From an uncultured bacterium (GTDB lineage Bacteria; Zixibacteria; MSB-5A5; SM1-73), in assembly GCA_965369445.1 (NCBI GenBank), contig CBDUQU010000001.1, positions 1,614-65,613 on the forward strand: 64,000 bases of DNA, in the 5' to 3' direction. Shown piece by piece: positions 35,610 through 45,990 of the stretch. A program made the position numbers and the translations under genes. Below the pieces are notes generated by a model that did not search any database, was not told the origin of the DNA, and saw nothing but the letters and a program-made list of their open reading frames with translations. How positions within the stretch are numbered: position 1 is the first letter of the stretch; every line of letters starts with the position of its first letter.

Positions 35610-37007
35610 CTACATCTTTCTCTTCCATTTGGTCCCCTCCGGGGTGTCCTCCAGGATGATCCCCTTCTCCTCCAAGTCCTTTCTTATCTGGTCGGCCAGC
35701 GCGAATTTCTTTTCCTTCCTGGCATCTACTCTCTTTTCGATCAGCGCCTTCACCTCTTGGTCTAAGATCAACTCCTCTCTCTTCAGCAGTCCGAGGACAG
35801 AGTCAAACTCGTTCACCACGGTTAGAACCTTGTCGGCATCAGAACTGGAGATCACTTTTTCATCCATCAATCGATTGACCTCTTTGATCAGGATAAACGT
35901 CACCCCCAGAGCTTCGGAGGTGTTCAGGTCGTCGTCCAACGCCTCCCCGAAAGCTTCCTTCGCCCTCTGCAGCACCTCGTCTATCCCTGGATTATCCTTA
36001 TCACCTTTGATTAGCTTCAGGTTATCCACAAAATCGTACAGTCTCTGCAGGGCATTCTTAGCTGCTCCCAGTCCGTCGAAAGTGAAATTGAGTTGCTGCC
36101 GGTGGTGAGTTGCCATCAGCAGGTACCTTATGACGATTGGGTTGTATCCTTTCTTCAAAAGATCCCGCAAGGTGTAATAATTGCCCAGCGATTTGGCCAT
36201 CCTTCTCCCCTCCACCATCAGATGTTCGTTGTGCAGCCAGAAGTTAACGAACTTCTCTCCGGTGGCCGCCTCGGACTGGGCGATCTCGTTTTCGTGGTGG
36301 GGGAAGATCAGATCCACTCCACCGGTGTGTATGTCAAAATGATTGCCCAGATATTTCATGCTCATGGCGGAGCACTCGATGTGCCATCCCGGCCGTCCCT
36401 TCCCCACTTCAGTCTCCCAGAAGACCTCGCCATCTTTCTCCTCCCATCTCTTCCACAAGGCGAAATCCGCCACCTGTTCTTTTTCGTATTGATCAGCGGC
36501 CACCCTGGCACCGGCCTTTAACCCGGACATGTCCATCCGGGAGAGCTTGCCGTATGGGGAGAAGGAGGCAATTCTGTAGTAGGAGGAGCCTTCGTTCTCG
36601 TACGCATGGCCCTTCTCATGCAGGCTCTTGACCAAAGCCACCATATCTTTGATATGAGCGGTAGCCTTGGAGTAGATGTGGGCTGGCTTGATGTTCAGGC
36701 TCTTAAGGTCCTCGAAGAATGCCTGCTGATATCTCTCGGTGTATTCCGCGAGAGGTATCCTCTCCTTACGTGACCCACGGATGGTGTTGTCGTCGACGTC
36801 GGTTATGTTGGTCACGTAGGTGACCTTATAACCTTTGTATTCCAGATAGCGCCGCAGAATGTCACCGAAGACATAAGCCCTGAAGTTTCCTATGTGGGCA
36901 AAGTCGTATACCGTGGGTCCGCAGGTGTACATCCGGACCTCCTCCGGATGAATGGTATAGAACTCCTCCTTCTGTCTGGTCAGAGTATTGTAAAATCGCA
37001 GCGCCAT
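35610..37007 (-). CDS. cysS: cysteine--tRNA ligase
   Basis: Class I HIGH motif (FAHIGNFRAY) and KMSKS-like motif (RRMAKSLGN); 465 aa, the typical size. Confidence 0.92.
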   Translation of the reverse strand: MALRFYNTLTRQKEEFYTIHPEEVRMYTCGPTVYDFAHIGNFRAYVFGDILRRYLEYKGYKVTYVTNITDVDDNTIRGSRKERIPLAEYTERYQQAFFEDLKSLNIKPAHIYSKATAHIKDMVALVKSLHEKGHAYENEGSSYYRIASFSPYGKLSRMDMSGLKAGARVAADQYEKEQVADFALWKRWEEKDGEVFWETEVGKGRPGWHIECSAMSMKYLGNHFDIHTGGVDLIFPHHENEIAQSEAATGEKFVNFWLHNEHLMVEGRRMAKSLGNYYTLRDLLKKGYNPIVIRYLLMATHHRQQLNFTFDGLGAAKNALQRLYDFVDNLKLIKGDKDNPGIDEVLQRAKEAFGEALDDDLNTSEALGVTFILIKEVNRLMDEKVISSSDADKVLTVVNEFDSVLGLLKREELILDQEVKALIEKRVDARKEKKFALADQIRKDLEEKGIILEDTPEGTKWKRKM

Positions 37008-37141
37008 CTTGATCCCTTGTTCTTGTGATTTCTATAGTGGTTTGACGATGGTAGTCACCCGACTTATCGGGCCCCAGTCGCTCAGTGAATTGAACAACCC
37101 CAAAACCCTCGTGCCCATTCGGTTCACAGGCGTATTATCGC

Positions 37142-37918
37142 CTAATTCTTGAAGAGACTTGAGACCATCTCCGGTAATTTCGTTAAGTCGTCTATCCGCG
37201 CATCCGGTTTTATCGGGGCCGAATAATCCCTCCCCTCGTGATACGCCAAGATGCCTTTCATCCCCACCTTCTGGGCTCCCCCCACGTCTTCGACCAATCT
37301 GTCTCCTACAAAAACCGCCTGCCCAGGATCGACGTTCAGGGCTTTCAGCGCCTTCGAAAATATCTGCGGGTGCGGCTTTCTGACTCCCACGCTGGACGAG
37401 AAGAAATGGGCGTCGAGGTAGGGAAATAACCCGAATCTTTTCAGCTCCGGAAGGTGAAATCTCTCCGGAAAGATGGTGTTGGAAACCAGTCCGATCTTCA
37501 GGTTCCCCTGCTTGAAGCAGCTCAAGATCTCCTCGGCACCCTCGATGGGGGTCAATTGATCGCTGATCGGCTGGTAATAAACCTCCAGGAAAGTCTCGCA
37601 AAGCCCGTCGGAGGTACTCAGATTGAGGAGGCGGAAGAAATTCCAGGCAACCGTTTCGGCTTTGAATTCGTTAAGGTTGTTCTCCACTTCCTTCCGGGCC
37701 CTGAGGAATTCATCATCGAGCAGTCCGGCGAACTCCTCAACCTCCGGCAGGCTGAGGTTCTTCTCTTTGAGAAACCCGTAACCTTTTTCTGTACAAACTC
37801 TTCCCAGAACGTCCCAGGTGGAGTTCTCGAATTCGATAAGGGTGCTTCCCATGTCAAACAAGACAGCTTTCAGTTCCGGTGGCTTCATTCTGATTCCTTG
37901 GGACTCTCTTAAGTTCAA
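37142..37918 (-). CDS. HAD-superfamily hydrolase (subfamily IA-like)
   Basis: Motif I DxG (VLFDMGSTL), motif III K and motif IV (VGDRLVEDVGGAQKVGMKGIL). Confidence 0.8.
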   Translation of the reverse strand: MNLRESQGIRMKPPELKAVLFDMGSTLIEFENSTWDVLGRVCTEKGYGFLKEKNLSLPEVEEFAGLLDDEFLRARKEVENNLNEFKAETVAWNFFRLLNLSTSDGLCETFLEVYYQPISDQLTPIEGAEEILSCFKQGNLKIGLVSNTIFPERFHLPELKRFGLFPYLDAHFFSSSVGVRKPHPQIFSKALKALNVDPGQAVFVGDRLVEDVGGAQKVGMKGILAYHEGRDYSAPIKPDARIDDLTKLPEMVSSLFKN

Positions 37919-38136
37919 GACGATTTCGGCTTAAACACCTTCGGTAAAGAATTACTTTACATACGCTCTCAGAAATGATTTGTTTATCTTTTTCAGAACG
38001 GCTGGCATAGCTTGCCAGCGTTGTGAAGCCGGATCACCTGTGTCAGGGGGAGAGCAACAAAAAACAGGCAGGCCTCTTAAGGCCTGCCCACTCAAAGCAG
38101 ATCGTTTACACAAAAAGGATTGCAGAACGTTATTAA

Positions 38137-38841
38137 CTACCGGCAGTCCTGCAACAACGTTTCGGAAATATTATAATAGAAGCGCAGTTGGGCCAGTTTC
38201 AAGCCGTGGTTGTCATAGTCCCAAAAGTAACCCTCGAGTGCGTCGTCAAAGAGACCCACCCGTTCAACGTCGCCATCGCCATCGATGTCAACACAGAGGG
38301 TCAGGAGATACTTGGTCGCATTTATGAACTTTGGCTGCCCATGCTTGCGCTTTAACTCAAGGTACTCACCTGAGCAAACGGTGTCGCCCTCTTCATCTAC
38401 AGCGCAGAGAGTAGTGTGACTCCATCCACCGGGTGTTCCCAGAGCCCGCGCGTAGACCACATATGCAGTGACCAGATCATCATTCGGGAAAGGGTCGGGC
38501 AACTGGAATTCGGCTCTTCCATCTGTCCCATTACAATCCAGGACCTCAAAACCCTCCCCTTCAGGTGCTTCCCTCAGCATTATCTTCGTATTGCCCCACA
38601 ATTTGACGAAAATACGGTGTCCCTGACCGCAATTCATATTAGGGTTCTTGTCCTTTTTAACCCCTATGATATTCAAATTGTAGTGAGGACCATGCGGGCC
38701 GCCATGCCCTTGAGCAAAAGCGAGCTGGCTCGGCGTTTCCGCCACACCTGATAAGACGGGGAGGTTTGGACTGAAAGCAATCATCGCCAACATCCCGATG
38801 AAAGCACTCACACAGGACAAAAAGGTAAGTCTATTCTTCAT
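38137..38841 (-). CDS. secreted hypothetical protein
   Basis: Signal peptide (MKNRLTFLSCVSAFIGMLAMIAF); Gly/Asp-rich body with four Cys; no family recognised. Confidence 0.45.
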   Translation of the reverse strand: MKNRLTFLSCVSAFIGMLAMIAFSPNLPVLSGVAETPSQLAFAQGHGGPHGPHYNLNIIGVKKDKNPNMNCGQGHRIFVKLWGNTKIMLREAPEGEGFEVLDCNGTDGRAEFQLPDPFPNDDLVTAYVVYARALGTPGGWSHTTLCAVDEEGDTVCSGEYLELKRKHGQPKFINATKYLLTLCVDIDGDGDVERVGLFDDALEGYFWDYDNHGLKLAQLRFYYNISETLLQDCR

Positions 38842-39490
38842 CTCAGCATCCTCCTTTTTTCTTCAATCCTTCGATCCGCTTTGCTAATTTTTCTATTTTG
38901 TAGTCTTGCCTGCAAAGCCTGGCCTGGTGTTGCCAGAAGCCTGGCACCCAAACTCAGAGATCGACCCATTGATTCCACAACCATGCCGCCGGATAGTCCA
39001 TACTCCATTCTTGTTTCAAAGACGAAACTCACCAGCTGACTCCCAGGGCAATATTTCCCTTCCCGATTTTCACCTCCTTTGGGGGAATTCTTTGCAGAAC
39101 TGATTCAGGTGATTACGCAAGAAGTACGTCTTGCCACTTCCTTCCTGCATACAGTCTTCTTTCCTGATAGGTTTATCAGTTTTCCGGAAGAGAGCGCTAA
39201 CCGTAGTAACGCCCTGATAGCGACTTTTGATAATTGGTTATGCCTTCCCTGGCTGGAGCCATCCCCTATCGGAACTCAACAAATCCTATTGTACGCGATG
39301 AGCTTGATACTCGCCTTCCTATGGGCTCCCCTCCTATGCAAGGAACAAACCAAACCTCTTGCCCCATGTCAAGACCTTTCTCTGCTCTCGGGCTCGGGAA
39401 ACGCAGATTGTGCAAATTTTGAGCAGGAGGCTCTGTTTCGACTGACTCCAGGACATCTCTACCAAGAGCGCGTCGAAACCACAGGGCAGG

Positions 39491-40012
39491 TCAGTCTTCG
39501 CCGAAGTAATAATCGTCCAAAAACAGCTTCACCCTCCCGGTGCTGCCCAGAACGTCGACTGTCAGCGAGCCCAAGTACTGCTCCCCCTCCGAGTAGGAGT
39601 AGAGCAGTACCTGACCACTGCTGGCCGCTGACCCGTTCGGTCTGAAAATAACGGCGGAACTGGGAAAGGTGTCGTATCCGAAATTGACGTTTCCAGGCAA
39701 CGTATTGGTCAACACGACGGAATCGGAGCCGGCATCATATGTAAAGGATGATGGGTTTGCCAGATCGTGAAAAAGGACGTACTGGTTCTCGGTGTAGTCG
39801 AAGTAGACCCCGAACTGGTCCCTTTGCGAGACAGCGCTGGATCTGGCCAGTCTCATGGACGAAAGCACGTCCCTTCCTGCCGTCTTTAGCTTCAGTCGCT
39901 CCATCACCTTTGCAAACTGTGGTATCGCCAGCGCAGAGATCACGGCAATTACCACCGCCACGATGGTGAGCTCCAGGAGGGTAAAACCTTTGGTGTTATG
40001 TTTCATCTTCAT
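39491..40012 (-). CDS. type IV pilin-like minor pilin / pseudopilin (FimT/GspH-like)
   Basis: Start trimmed to ATG at 40012 (AAGGAG upstream). The N-terminus has the prepilin cleavage and methylation motif KGFTLLELTIVAVVIAVI. Confidence 0.65.
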   Translation of the reverse strand: MKMKHNTKGFTLLELTIVAVVIAVISALAIPQFAKVMERLKLKTAGRDVLSSMRLARSSAVSQRDQFGVYFDYTENQYVLFHDLANPSSFTYDAGSDSVVLTNTLPGNVNFGYDTFPSSAVIFRPNGSAASSGQVLLYSYSEGEQYLGSLTVDVLGSTGRVKLFLDDYYFGED

Positions 40013-40028
40013 ATATCTCTCCTTTTCA

Positions 40029-41501
40029 TTACAGCTCACGCCATGTTCCGTTGACCACTTTGTAGGTGTAGATGTCAATCGTCTCACTTCCCGGCATGCC
40101 CGGCGGCAGGTTGTCGACAATCGAAGGAACGTGAAACAGATCCGGCACGTTATCAAGCTGGAAGTAGTTGGAGACCATTGCTCCAGCAAACTGGTTCTGC
40201 TTTTTGTTGGTGATCTGGTCACCGGCGAAAAATGCTCCCATGATATTCAGCTGCGCGTCGCCTTGCCCGGTCCCTATGCCCACATCATCGTACGCTATGA
40301 ATCCCAGCACATCGTCGGTGGGAAACGTCCCATTAGACAGAACGTGAGTGCTAACATTAATATCTTGTTCAGAAACCAGGGTTCCTTTACCGTCAAAGAT
40401 GACCGGAGTATGAGTAGCAGTTCCCTGTCCGGATTCAATGTCGATGTCTCCGGTTACGTAGACGATCCCGCTGATCTGCAGGTTTCCGCTGGCGTCCATG
40501 GAGATACTCCCAAAGCCGTTGGAGACGGAAGCCATGGCCACTCCCGGTTTCAGGGTCAGATTGCCGCTTATCACCAGGGCGTTGTTGTTCAGATAGTTCA
40601 TATAGGTCGGATAGGTAATTCCGCTGCTGGGGTCGGTGTACGGGTCGTCGAGACCCGGCAGGCTCATCGCGTCACCCAGGTCATAGCCTTCAGCGGTGCC
40701 GTTGTCCGAGTATACGCTGCTTTCACCTTTGTTACCGCCGTAGCTATCGGTCACGTAGGTGGCATCCAGGGTTTCCTTTATCGGAGTCCCACCGCCCGGT
40801 ACATCAGGAAAACCAGCGTTGGAGGTACCTGATATATCGACCCGCCCTTTCTTGACTCTTAACTCCGAGTCCAGCGTGCTCACCACCTCTCCATTGAAGC
40901 TGGTGGTATCCAGCGAAGGCAGGCGAGAGGAAAGGGTGGCAGTGATGCCGGTATAGTTGTTGTATATGTTGCCACCTCCGGTCATCTCCATAGCGATATC
41001 CCCGTCGTTCAAGTCGTCCCCCAGGATGTGCACCGAACCGTGCAGGTTGACGTTTCCGGCAATCGCCCCTCCGGCTTGTCCGGTTCCAGCAAAAACGATG
41101 TTATCCCATATGTTAAGGGGGCTTTTTTTCCTCTTCACCGTCACCTGCAGGGCTGCTTCCCCGTCCCGGTTCAGGCCGGTGGAGGTAAGGGTCTTGAAGG
41201 GAGACGTCCCGGCGACGCCCACGCTGAAGTTACCATCGCCAATAGCGGAACTGGCGTTAATCCAAGCCTCCAGGGTGTCGTTGTTTAGCTCATTGAAGTT
41301 GACTCTCAACACTCCTATGGCTAACTGAAGTCCCGCCTCGGCGGTGTAAAAGGCCATGGTTCTCTCTTTTTGGTTCCTGGCGATGTCCATGTCCGTGACC
41401 GAGGTGGTCACGGCTGCCGCAAAGATCAGGGTCAACATCAGCATGATCAAGAGCGCCATGAGCAGGGCTGAACCACGATCGTTACGTAGTCTCTCTATCA
41501 T
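40029..41501 (-). CDS. PilX-like type IV pilus minor pilin (PilX N-terminal domain protein)
   Basis: N-terminal RGSALLMALLIMLMLTLI is typical of the PilX_N domain; the body is large and Gly/Asn/Thr-rich. Confidence 0.6.
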   Translation of the reverse strand: MIERLRNDRGSALLMALLIMLMLTLIFAAAVTTSVTDMDIARNQKERTMAFYTAEAGLQLAIGVLRVNFNELNNDTLEAWINASSAIGDGNFSVGVAGTSPFKTLTSTGLNRDGEAALQVTVKRKKSPLNIWDNIVFAGTGQAGGAIAGNVNLHGSVHILGDDLNDGDIAMEMTGGGNIYNNYTGITATLSSRLPSLDTTSFNGEVVSTLDSELRVKKGRVDISGTSNAGFPDVPGGGTPIKETLDATYVTDSYGGNKGESSVYSDNGTAEGYDLGDAMSLPGLDDPYTDPSSGITYPTYMNYLNNNALVISGNLTLKPGVAMASVSNGFGSISMDASGNLQISGIVYVTGDIDIESGQGTATHTPVIFDGKGTLVSEQDINVSTHVLSNGTFPTDDVLGFIAYDDVGIGTGQGDAQLNIMGAFFAGDQITNKKQNQFAGAMVSNYFQLDNVPDLFHVPSIVDNLPPGMPGSETIDIYTYKVVNGTWREL

Positions 41502-41520
41502 TTTCTACCTCCGTAGGTAT

Positions 41521-42048
41521 TCACGATCCGTTCCTCAATTCGGCAGCGGCAATTAGCGTTCTGCGCCGATACCCGTCGCCGTACAACTCTGGATCTCTTC
41601 GTCCCTCGCGCGCCACCAGCGTTATGCTAACCAGATTGCCGGTTTGTGCGAATTGAATGGATTCGATATCCTCTGCAAAAACCTGAGGGCTATCCTGATT
41701 GATCTGCTTCACTAAGTTGGGGTGACCCTCGACTGCCGTGGAAACATAATACTGTATGGTATCTATCTTGGTTGAATCCCTTCGATAAACGGTCAGGGCG
41801 TTCGAGCTCACCAGAATCCTGGGATGGCCGGTTATGATCCCGTAGCCGGCGGACCTTATGTTTCTGGTCAGCTCATCCAGCAGCGCTCGCACGTTCTGCT
41901 GCATGTCCGATACGTCCGTCTGAGCCAGCCACTGATTATGCTGTGAAGCATAGAATTCCATGGCTGCACTGCCTATGACGAAGGTCATCAAGGCAGCGAT
42001 AAGAAGCTCCACTAACGTGATCCCCTTTTGTTCTCTGATTCGAGCCAT
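41521..42048 (-). CDS. PilW-like type IV minor pilin
   Basis: Prepilin N-terminus QKGITLVELLIAALMTFVIG. Confidence 0.6.
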   Translation of the reverse strand: MARIREQKGITLVELLIAALMTFVIGSAAMEFYASQHNQWLAQTDVSDMQQNVRALLDELTRNIRSAGYGIITGHPRILVSSNALTVYRRDSTKIDTIQYYVSTAVEGHPNLVKQINQDSPQVFAEDIESIQFAQTGNLVSITLVAREGRRDPELYGDGYRRRTLIAAAELRNGS

Positions 42049-42060
42049 TTTACACTCCCA

Positions 42061-42468
42061 TCAATACGGTTTTGCTTTGTAGCTAAAGTAGCTCACCGAT
42101 CTGGGCACCTCCTGCTGGTCTGTCCAGGTAACGGTGACCTCAATCTTGTACACCCCGGCCGGGATTGAAGCATCGGAGGAGCTGTCGTCTATCTGCGTTT
42201 GTCTGGTGAAGATGTTTTGCACAGTGTTCACCGTCTGAGTGTAAGGAATCGGACTGACCAGAGGCCAGGTCTCTATCTCCTCAAACCGATCCAGGGCGAT
42301 GGCGTCTGCCACCGTTACTTGATTTGAGTAAGAGTTACCGAACATGGAGACGACAAGCATCGGTGCCAGACCCAAAACGCCGAACCCCAGGATGAGCATT
42401 GAGATCATCACTTCCAGCAGGGTTATCCCCTTTTGGTTTCTGAGACGTCCAGATAGATTTCTTTTCAT
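42061..42468 (-). CDS. PilV-like type IV minor pilin
   Basis: Start trimmed to ATG at 42468 (AGGAGG 8 nt upstream). Prepilin N-terminus QKGITLLEVMISMLILGFGV. Confidence 0.6.
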   Translation of the reverse strand: MKRNLSGRLRNQKGITLLEVMISMLILGFGVLGLAPMLVVSMFGNSYSNQVTVADAIALDRFEEIETWPLVSPIPYTQTVNTVQNIFTRQTQIDDSSSDASIPAGVYKIEVTVTWTDQQEVPRSVSYFSYKAKPY

Positions 42469-43141
42469 CTTTTGAGCCTCCTGATTAAACTCTGATTCCA
42501 AGCGATGGAATAGCAACCTTCGTGCCCATACCCGCCCTATTTCATCTCCCCACGTGCGCTGCCCAACCTGTTGATCCTTAGTGGGTTGGCTGACCACTAA
42601 AGGCGTGGTCAAAACCCAGACACCCGGCTGGGTTTCTTTGTCACTCCGATCCTTGACCACAAGCAACAGGGTGTGGGGAATTTCCTATACGCCCCGGGAG
42701 GGTATGTTCTATTCGGGATTATGTGGAAGTTGAGCGATCCGACGTGATTCGGTCGAGACGGAGAACCATTACGAACTGGCTGCTGAACCTCCAGGAGGAG
42801 ATGAAATTCAGGGATTGAAAGACAGCCGGAAGGTTCTTCATAAAAAAGAGGATAGCCCGGTTGAGGCAAAGGAGGTGAGAACCGAAAGGTCCCTTGGCTC
42901 AGCCAGCTATCCTCAGCTAACGGCTTTTCTTCTACAATTTGTCTTATCGGCATATGGTGGTTCTCCTTAACCGGAGCGAATCCCGCAAAGAAGGAGCGTC
43001 CTAACCCGAGGCCTCTTCACAAAGGACAACCGCAACCCGTTTACGTAGGTTCAGTTTTAGCACATTCATCTCTCACCTCTAAAGATTGAACTTTTCGCGG
43101 TCGACACCTGTTCTGTGAGCCGAAAGGAGGTGAGAACCGGA

Positions 43142-43531
43142 ATGAGAAAGTTTTTCTATCTCTTGCTGGCCGTCTGTCTGCCCGTCCTTCTCCCCACCAG
43201 CCTTTACGCCTGGGACATGTGTGAGACTTCAGTGGAGACTCTCGACGTGGCCGGGGAAGTGACCTTCACTTCATCTTTCTGCGACTGCGTGGATGGGGAT
43301 GTGATCATCATCGAGCTCTGGCCGGCAGACCCGGGGGTGACGATCGACAGTGTGGCCTTCACCAAAGCAACGCCGCATTGGAAGAGCAACGAAAGCTGGG
43401 CGGAACAGGGTGGAGTTACCTTCTATGCAGTAGACGCCATACTCCACAAGGTGACGGAGAAGACGCACACAATCCACCTCTGGGTGTACCTCTCTACCGG
43501 GGAGCACATCGGGGTGAATGCCCACTTCTAA
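43142..43531 (+). CDS. small secreted Cys-containing protein, hypothetical
   Basis: ATG at 43142 with AAGGAGG upstream; signal peptide MRKFFYLLLAVCLPVLLPTSLYA; ends ...HIGVNAHF*. Confidence 0.5.
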   Translation: MRKFFYLLLAVCLPVLLPTSLYAWDMCETSVETLDVAGEVTFTSSFCDCVDGDVIIIELWPADPGVTIDSVAFTKATPHWKSNESWAEQGGVTFYAVDAILHKVTEKTHTIHLWVYLSTGEHIGVNAHF

Positions 43532-44520
43532 GGGGCTGACTCTTTCAAAACGACTCTTGTGGGCAAAGATTCAAACCGCCGGAATCGTGAGCAGCCTCAG
43601 GTTCCGGCGGTCCTTTCATGAGAAATGCGGCGGGCAAGAATGCCCGCCCCACGAATTCACACTTTGTGCAGCAGATACCGCCGTCGATGGAATGGGTCAA
43701 ACGAACTAGAGCACAGACAGAAACGTGACGGAGAGTAAAGTGAGGCGTGTGGGGCAGTCAGGCACTCCTGACCACTGCCAGAAAAATGCATAATCTTGGA
43801 ATATGCTGTTGTGGAGGCGCTGTGGCCAGAGCACTGTTTCTTTGACAAAGGCCACCACGCCAAACACCAAAACTCGAAAGGAGGTGATGCACGGCCCAGA
43901 AAGCAGATTCAGAGAAAGGAGGTGAGCAACGGAAAAAGAGGTTGAGTCAATTGCTCTAAATAAACGAAAACCTGTAAGCGCAGTCTAGGGAGGAGCCAAA
44001 GAATGAGTAAGAGAAATCTCATTGCGTTCGCCATGGTGTTTTGCCTGTTTTGTGCCGTCATCGCCCAGGTGCCCGCGCAAGATCCAATCACTTGTGGAGA
44101 ACTTCAGGCCATGGTGCAGACAGAGGTCGGGAATGAAGATGACAATCCGGACAGGTACAGGAATCATGGAAAATACGTCAGCACCGTTGCCAAGCTGGTT
44201 GACCCATACCTGGAATCAGGTGAGATTGATTCGGTGTGCGCATCGTGCATCGTGAGTCAGTTTGCCCGGGGTATACTAGTGGAGAATCAAGAGCTTTGCG
44301 AGTTCTGATCCTGCTCTTATCGTGCCCCCTGACGTCCTGGGCGCCTGCATCCAGCAACAAACACTCACCGGGCACACCAGGGTAAACGCCCACTTCTAAG
44401 GGGGCGACTCCTGGAAATGACTCTTGTTGGCAAAGATTCAAACCGCCGGAACCCTGAGCAGTCTCGGGTTCCGGCGGTCCTTTTATGAGAAATCCAGCGG
44501 GCAAGGACTTGCCCTGAGGG
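43508..44520 (+). repeat. duplicated ~145-nt 3'-end-plus-hairpin module (copy 1 at 43508-43655, copy 2 at 44375-44520)
   Basis: Both copies carry GCCCACTTCTAAGGGG...GACTCTTGT.GGCAAAGATTCAAACCGCCGGAA...TTCCGGCGGTCCTT..ATGAGAAAT.C.GCGGGCAAG. Copy 1 overlaps the stop of the gene ending at 43531. Copy 2 retains ...RVNAHF* but has no gene body. Confidence 0.6.
44003..44308 (+). CDS. small secreted Cys-containing protein, hypothetical
   Basis: GGGAGGAG upstream; signal peptide MSKRNLIAFAMVFCLFCAVIAQVPA; five Cys in the mature part. Confidence 0.5.
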   Translation: MSKRNLIAFAMVFCLFCAVIAQVPAQDPITCGELQAMVQTEVGNEDDNPDRYRNHGKYVSTVAKLVDPYLESGEIDSVCASCIVSQFARGILVENQELCEF

Positions 44521-44665
44521 GTTTAGCCCAAGGGTGCCCGCCCCACCAAGAAGGATGATCTTAGGTATGCGTAGGCGGGATTCACCCTGAAGGGCTCCCC
44601 CCCGTCCGGGGGATCTGTCTACGGCATGACCAGCCCCGCAAAATACAGCGGGCAGGATGCCCGCC

Positions 44666-45706
44666 TTACGAGGACTCGGGTTCGTCTCTCTTCAAGGCCA
44701 ATCTGGCGATTCTGTCAACCAGTTCGGGAAAATCGATGCCCAGAGCTTTGGCTGCCTTGGGCACCAGGCTGAGGGAGGTCATGCCGGGGAGCGTGTTTAC
44801 CTCCAGGCAGTAAAATCGGTGATCGTCGCCGTATCTGAAATCCACCCTGGCGTAACCTTCACATCCCAAAGCCTTGAAAGCCTTCAAGCTTATCGCCTGA
44901 ATCTCCTTCGTTTTTTCCTCAGAGATCTCAGCCGGACACACATAGCTGCTTTTTCCGTGGGTATATTTGCACTCGTAGTCATAAATCCCGTGTTCGGGGA
45001 TGATTTCCACCACCGGCAACGGCGTATCTCCCAGGACACCAACCGTCAGCTCCCGTCCCGTTATGTACCTCTCCACCAGAATACGGCTGGAGAACTCCCG
45101 GGCACACTCAAGGGCTTTCTTCAAATCCTCACTTTTCTCAACCACGGTAAGACCGACCGTGGAACCCTGGTTGTTGGGCTTGACCACGCAGGGAAAGCCG
45201 AGGCTGCTTTCGATTCTGTCTACGATGGGGGAAACATCGGAAAGATCGGGGTCGTCGACAAGAAACCACTCCGGCGTCGGTATCCCTTCCCGCTCGAATA
45301 TCTTCTTGGACATGGCCTTGTCCATAGCCAGCGCACTGGCCAGCACGCCGGATCCGGTGTAGGGTTTTCCGGTCAAATCCAAAAGCGCCTGGATGGTTCC
45401 GTCCTCCCCCTGTCCTCCATGAAGGGCCAGGAATACCACGTCCACCTCGGAGAAATCAAAGGAGTGGATGGCCTCCAGAGTTGCCTGCTTGCTTTTTCTC
45501 TCTAATTCGGCTACGTCCGGTGGTTTCTGCTTCACACCTCCGGGCAGGTATTTTCCATCGTTCGACAAGAGCTGCTGCCCCTGCGCCGCATCCAGGGCCA
45601 GCACCTGATGCCCGGCATCTTTTAAGGCCTGCACTATGGCCTCGCCGGAGGCCAAGGAAACGTCTCTTTCCGCCGAGGTTCCCCCCATCAAGACTAGTAT
45701 CTTCAA
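44666..45706 (-). CDS. ddl: D-alanine--D-alanine ligase
   Basis: MKILVLMGGTSAERDVSLASG...ALHGGQGEDGTIQALLDLTGKPYTGSG matches the ATP-grasp Ddl signature blocks. Confidence 0.92.
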   Translation of the reverse strand: MKILVLMGGTSAERDVSLASGEAIVQALKDAGHQVLALDAAQGQQLLSNDGKYLPGGVKQKPPDVAELERKSKQATLEAIHSFDFSEVDVVFLALHGGQGEDGTIQALLDLTGKPYTGSGVLASALAMDKAMSKKIFEREGIPTPEWFLVDDPDLSDVSPIVDRIESSLGFPCVVKPNNQGSTVGLTVVEKSEDLKKALECAREFSSRILVERYITGRELTVGVLGDTPLPVVEIIPEHGIYDYECKYTHGKSSYVCPAEISEEKTKEIQAISLKAFKALGCEGYARVDFRYGDDHRFYCLEVNTLPGMTSLSLVPKAAKALGIDFPELVDRIARLALKRDEPESS

Positions 45707-45736
45707 TTTTTCTCCTCGTGGTGTTTTGTCGCTTTT

Positions 45737-45990
45737 CCGAGGGTCGGATGTCCTACGGATCCGTTGGAAATCCGACCCCTACAAATCCCTCCCCGACCTT
45801 ATCCGCTTGATCCGTTCAGTCCGTTGACTGCTGCTGCAGGGGTGGAAGCCCTGCCTACGAGCCTGGCCTTAGATTTATCCGTTTCATCCGTTCCATCCGT
45901 TGACCCATCCGCTCAATCCGTCCGGACGGACGCCCCCAGACGGGCCCGTATGGGCGTCTGGGCGCTTCATCCGTTGACCGATTTACCTCT
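45737..45990 (+). repeat. intergenic repeat: conserved 9-bp-stem hairpin GGGTCGGATGTCCTACGGATCCGTTGGAAATCCGACCC followed by iterated ATCCGTT(G/C/T)A units; second copy at 47874-48010
   Basis: Roughly 50 nt are near-identical at the two loci, both in the 5' spacers of minus-strand genes (ddl, ispD). A shorter ATCCGTT array also occurs at 28443-28480. Confidence 0.6.

Noticed and set aside
35524-36108. 194-aa plus-strand ORF and 36093..36521
   Set aside because: They are antisense to cysS.
39855-40832. 325-aa plus-strand ORF
   Set aside because: It is antisense to the PilX-like minor pilin gene, which has the diagnostic prepilin N-terminus.
42609-42953. 114-aa minus-strand ORF with an AAGGAGAA RBS upstream of the pilV-like gene
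   Set aside because: The product is Pro-rich and low-complexity, and it overlaps degenerate repeat fragments. It could be real, but the evidence is insufficient.
44657-45505. 282-aa plus-strand ORF
   Set aside because: It is antisense to ddl, which is unambiguous.
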